Origin: Acinetobacter phage Acj61
Reading direction: 5' to 3' (one strand)
Length of the DNA stretch: 64,000 bases
Sequence record: GU911519.1
Part shown: piece by piece, positions 61,246 through 64,000 of the stretch
Numbering within the stretch: the stretch's first letter is position 1
Layout: each line of letters starts with the position of its first letter
Program-made: the position numbers and the translations under genes
Notes under the pieces: model-generated
The model's database searches: none
What the model was told of the DNA's origin: nothing
The model's input: the letters and a program-made list of their open reading frames with translations, nothing else

Positions 61246-61428
61246 CTAGTCATTGTGACCTCCCATTAAAAAGTATACTGCACCAGACACAATCACTGTC
61301 CAGTTGAAATAAATCATGTTGTCTGTCAGATCACCTACGTATAGGTCATGTGCCGATAAAATCATTGCGATAATTACGATAAACACCATCATATTAGTAC
61401 TTCTGTGCGTAGAATTTGAAGTTGTCAC
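61246..61428 (-). CDS. Small membrane protein (ndd.1-like position)
   Basis: 60 aa with two hydrophobic helices. It overlaps the ndd 3' end. Confidence 0.3.
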   Translation of the reverse strand: MTTSNSTHRSTNMMVFIVIIAMILSAHDLYVGDLTDNMIYFNWTVIVSGAVYFLMGGHND

Positions 61429-61867
61429 TCAACATACGATTGAGTTCTTCAAGATTCTGGAAACGATCGTTATGGCTGCGAGTAAGCAATAATGCAAACT
61501 TACCTTTCATGAATCCGTTCGTTAATGGCTTCATATGTTCTAAAGGCAAGAAGAACACATCGAATGGTACATGAGCATTCATGATAACTTCACCTACAGA
61601 AGAACGTTGCAAACGTAACTGAGATGCAGTGTTGTTGAAGCCTTGTTTCGAACGTTGGCGACCTACATAGAATCGTGCGTAAACAGTTTCTTTACGTGGG
61701 TGTACCATGAAGTAGAAGCCTGGACGAGACAAGTCAGCAGTCGGTTTTAATCCGAGAGCAAAGTTCTTGCCAGGTTCACGAAGCTTGCCAGTTGATGTGA
61801 ACTGTGCAACTCGTTGAGCTCCTACGACACGTAGGTCTTTAACACGCATAATTGATTTAACTTTCAT
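61394..61867 (-). CDS. ndd: Nucleoid disruption protein Ndd
   Basis: 157 aa against 151 aa in T4. Conserved SRPGFYF, ARFYVGRQRSKQGF, MKPLTNGF and EELNRMLSDNFKF blocks. Confidence 0.85.
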   Translation of the reverse strand: MKVKSIMRVKDLRVVGAQRVAQFTSTGKLREPGKNFALGLKPTADLSRPGFYFMVHPRKETVYARFYVGRQRSKQGFNNTASQLRLQRSSVGEVIMNAHVPFDVFFLPLEHMKPLTNGFMKGKFALLLTRSHNDRFQNLEELNRMLSDNFKFYAQKY

Positions 61868-61930
61868 TTCATATTCCTCTTAAACATTACAATTGAATTA
61901 ATTTCTCTAACAATATTGAATATTGTTTTT

Positions 61931-61970
61931 GATAGGACCATTATATCACATCTTTTTGATAAAGTAAACT
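61931..61970 (-). promoter_or_regulatory. Early promoter upstream of ndd
   Basis: Minus strand: GTTTAC-N17-TGATATAATGGTCCTATCA. Confidence 0.65.
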
Positions 61971-61980
61971 ATCTTGTGAA

Positions 61981-62613
61981 TTATTTTTGAAAATAAAAAT
62001 AATTCATCAAATCAGACACTTTTTCGGAGATGAATCCGAGTTTCAAGAAGTAGCCATCGCCGTACTGAGACTCATGAGTTACACGAGGATGTCTTAAAGC
62101 ATTTGGGTCTAACATGACTTTAGGAATCATTATCCATCCACCAGAGGTTATGTCTGGTTTAGTTTCGATAACAATCATGACATCAGCAATACCAAGATCA
62201 AGGAACGGGCGAACGTGCAAGCCTTTGGTACCTTTGAATGGGCCGACGTGCCCGGTGTTGACAGATATGTAATTTGATGCCGACTGATGGGTTTTCACTT
62301 CAATCCGCATACCGCAGTACTTGATGTTTGATAGTACATCATACGCATAGGAAAGTGGATCAGATGTATCCTCAGAGCCATGATTGCACCAACCTTCCAT
62401 CCATTGAGCGACTAATTGTTCTGCAAGTTGAGCGATAACGCATCGTTCTACAACAACTTCTTTCTGTTGGAACGGATCTTGTGACAATGAATAGCGAACA
62501 GTATCGATAACCTTTTGACGACTCTCGGGAGTCAAGTCGGTTGAACGCATGCGAGTTTTAGGCAATTGAGAAAGGCGTAGCCATCCAGGATTATTTTTCA
62601 TTTCAAACTCCAA
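61981..62613 (-). CDS. denB: Putative endonuclease IV (DenB) by position
   Basis: 210 aa ORF between ndd and rIIB, where T4 denB lies. I could not verify it by sequence. Confidence 0.45.
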   Translation of the reverse strand: MEFEMKNNPGWLRLSQLPKTRMRSTDLTPESRQKVIDTVRYSLSQDPFQQKEVVVERCVIAQLAEQLVAQWMEGWCNHGSEDTSDPLSYAYDVLSNIKYCGMRIEVKTHQSASNYISVNTGHVGPFKGTKGLHVRPFLDLGIADVMIVIETKPDITSGGWIMIPKVMLDPNALRHPRVTHESQYGDGYFLKLGFISEKVSDLMNYFYFQK

Positions 62614-62636
62614 AGGGACTCATATGAGTCCCATAT
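62612..62636. terminator. Palindromic terminator (CATATG centre) after rIIB
   Basis: AAAGGGACTCATATGAGTCCC, then an AT-rich tail. Confidence 0.6.
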
Positions 62637-62648
62637 TCGTGATTAGGA

Positions 62649-63938
62649 TTAGAATTGATCAGTTACGTCTTCGACTACAACATAACCACATGTACGCATT
62701 TTAGCATTTTTGTAATCACGTGGAATTGCGACTACATCTTGAGGATGGACCTTACACTTAACGACTCGGGCTCCATTTGACCATGAACCATAATGAGACA
62801 AATATGATTTAGAGCAAACATGTAGACCACGAGAACATGTTGTAGTATCATCTTCGTCTACCTGATTTCGAGGCATACGTGGAGGATTCTTACCATTTGG
62901 CGTGTTGTCATAATCACCCGTGTAGATGTCTTTGTAGTCTGCTGCAACTTTCTTCCAAGCATAGAAGTAGCCATCTTTTGTGATTTCGATGTCGTTAGCT
63001 TCTAAGAAGTCAAACAAACGATTCACAGCTTTTTCACTTGGATTGAGCATCAAGTTTTCAAGGAATGGCAAGTAGAATTCAAAGTCTTCGCCGTCATTCA
63101 TTGACTTGATGATTCGTTGTGCGATACCATTTTTGAGATTGATGTTCTTGTAGAACAATGAACCGTTTTCGATGGTAACGTTGCCTTTTACATAACGCTT
63201 GACAGCACGTTCAACAACAATCAATTCAACAGCCTTTTCGAATTGACCCACACTTAATGCGTTCAGTGCAGATGCGAAGTTTGGATGCTCGTTTGATGCG
63301 TTCCAGACTTCACGTCCACGAGTAATCGAGATGAATTTATTGCTTGCATTCCAAACGAATTCTGGTGCCTTTTTGAATGTGCGATTCAACTTGACCATTA
63401 CGGCAAAGTATGGAGCTTCATGGCTCGGGATTGCTTGAGTCTTTTTAGCAGTAGGATGTTTTTCGAAGTCAAACTTGCAATCTTCATAGCAATCTTCGCT
63501 TGCGCCATCATGTACTTTGACTTCGCCGACTTTAACAATTTTGACAATACCGACATCAGTTTCACCAAACTCTAAATCACTAAGCGGATAGTCGGTGTCA
63601 GAACCGTCATTGCGTTCCCATAGAGCACCAAGAATCAAGATGCCATCGTTAGGGTCACCAGTGATTTCTAACTTATCACAAACGAAGCATTCACGAACTG
63701 ATAATGTTGGCACAACACCTGTAACACCTTTAGGAGCTCCACCAAAATCAGTATTGAGTTTATATTTGCCATCAGTGTCTTCAACAAATAACGTCATGAA
63801 TCGAGTATTGTTTCGTTCGACTCGACGAATAGTATCAGGTGACACTTCATATTCTTTTGCAAGATCAACTTGTTTCATGCCTGATGCACGTCGAATACAA
63901 ATGTCTGTGATTGCCTTAGCATCTAATTTAGTAGCCAT
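62649..63938 (-). CDS. rIIB: rIIB membrane-associated protein
   Basis: 429 aa. Its C-terminal ~250 aa are colinear with T4 rIIB (WNASNKFISIT, NFEFYLPFLENL, DDTTTCSRGLHVCSKSYL, KMRTCGYVVVEDVTDQF). It has an extra ~100-aa insertion. Confidence 0.9.
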   Translation of the reverse strand: MATKLDAKAITDICIRRASGMKQVDLAKEYEVSPDTIRRVERNNTRFMTLFVEDTDGKYKLNTDFGGAPKGVTGVVPTLSVRECFVCDKLEITGDPNDGILILGALWERNDGSDTDYPLSDLEFGETDVGIVKIVKVGEVKVHDGASEDCYEDCKFDFEKHPTAKKTQAIPSHEAPYFAVMVKLNRTFKKAPEFVWNASNKFISITRGREVWNASNEHPNFASALNALSVGQFEKAVELIVVERAVKRYVKGNVTIENGSLFYKNINLKNGIAQRIIKSMNDGEDFEFYLPFLENLMLNPSEKAVNRLFDFLEANDIEITKDGYFYAWKKVAADYKDIYTGDYDNTPNGKNPPRMPRNQVDEDDTTTCSRGLHVCSKSYLSHYGSWSNGARVVKCKVHPQDVVAIPRDYKNAKMRTCGYVVVEDVTDQF

Positions 63939-64000
63939 ATTAGTCTTCCTTTAGTTAAGAGATGAATAAATTATAACACATTTTTGAGAATGAATCCTAG

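Noticed and set aside
63595-63954. 119-aa plus-strand ORF antisense to rIIB. Also other antisense ORFs such as 628-1041(-), 15475-16026(-), 24502-24981(-), 3227-3454(+), 50671-51012(-)
   Set aside because: They are fully embedded antisense or out-of-frame within confidently assigned conserved genes. They have no RBS and low-complexity composition, typical of spurious ORFs.

Overview
This window is a colinear stretch of a T4-like (Tevenvirinae-type) myovirus genome. It runs from the 3' end of the short-tail-fibre gene 12 to rIIB, in the canonical T4 order, with roughly 50-60% estimated protein identity to T4. The plus-strand structural block reads: 12 (partial), wac, 13, 14, 15, 16, 17, 18, an HNH endonuclease, 19, 20, 67, 68, 21, 22, 23, 24. 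A short minus-strand block follows, then uvsW(+). Three small minus-strand ORFs sit where uvsY should be, followed by 25 and 26 (-). The plus strand then carries 51, 27, 28, 29, 48, 54 and alt. A long minus-strand early/middle block holds 30, 30.x, rIII, 31, cd, pseT, rnlA, nrdB, nrdA, td, frd, 32, 59, 33, dsbA and rnh. Next come 34, 35, 36, 37 and t (+), then asiA, motA, 52, ndd, denB and rIIB (-). There are no tRNA genes, CRISPR arrays, integrases, or introns in td, nrdB or nrdA. The T-even-specific alc gene and the 38 adhesin are absent. Regulatory signals are readable by eye. Plus-strand late genes carry TATAAATA late promoters. Minus-strand early genes carry GTTTAC/-10 early promoters whose -10 boxes are embedded in dyad symmetry (GATAGGAC...GTCCTATC). 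A dispersed family of perfectly palindromic GGGACTCA(TA/AT)TGAGTCCC terminators also occurs. Six items are worth follow-up. First, a free-standing HNH endonuclease lies between genes 18 and 19. Second, gp27 carries a C-terminal extension with a CHAP/NlpC-like Cys...His signature. Third, the distal half of gp37 is mosaic in codon usage, with internal DNA repeats. Fourth, an ADP-ribose-related gene set is present: Alt, a NADAR-like protein, a Nudix hydrolase and a DUF4326-like protein. Fifth, the palindromic early promoters themselves. Sixth, uvsY is replaced by three small ORFs, one of them Cys-rich.
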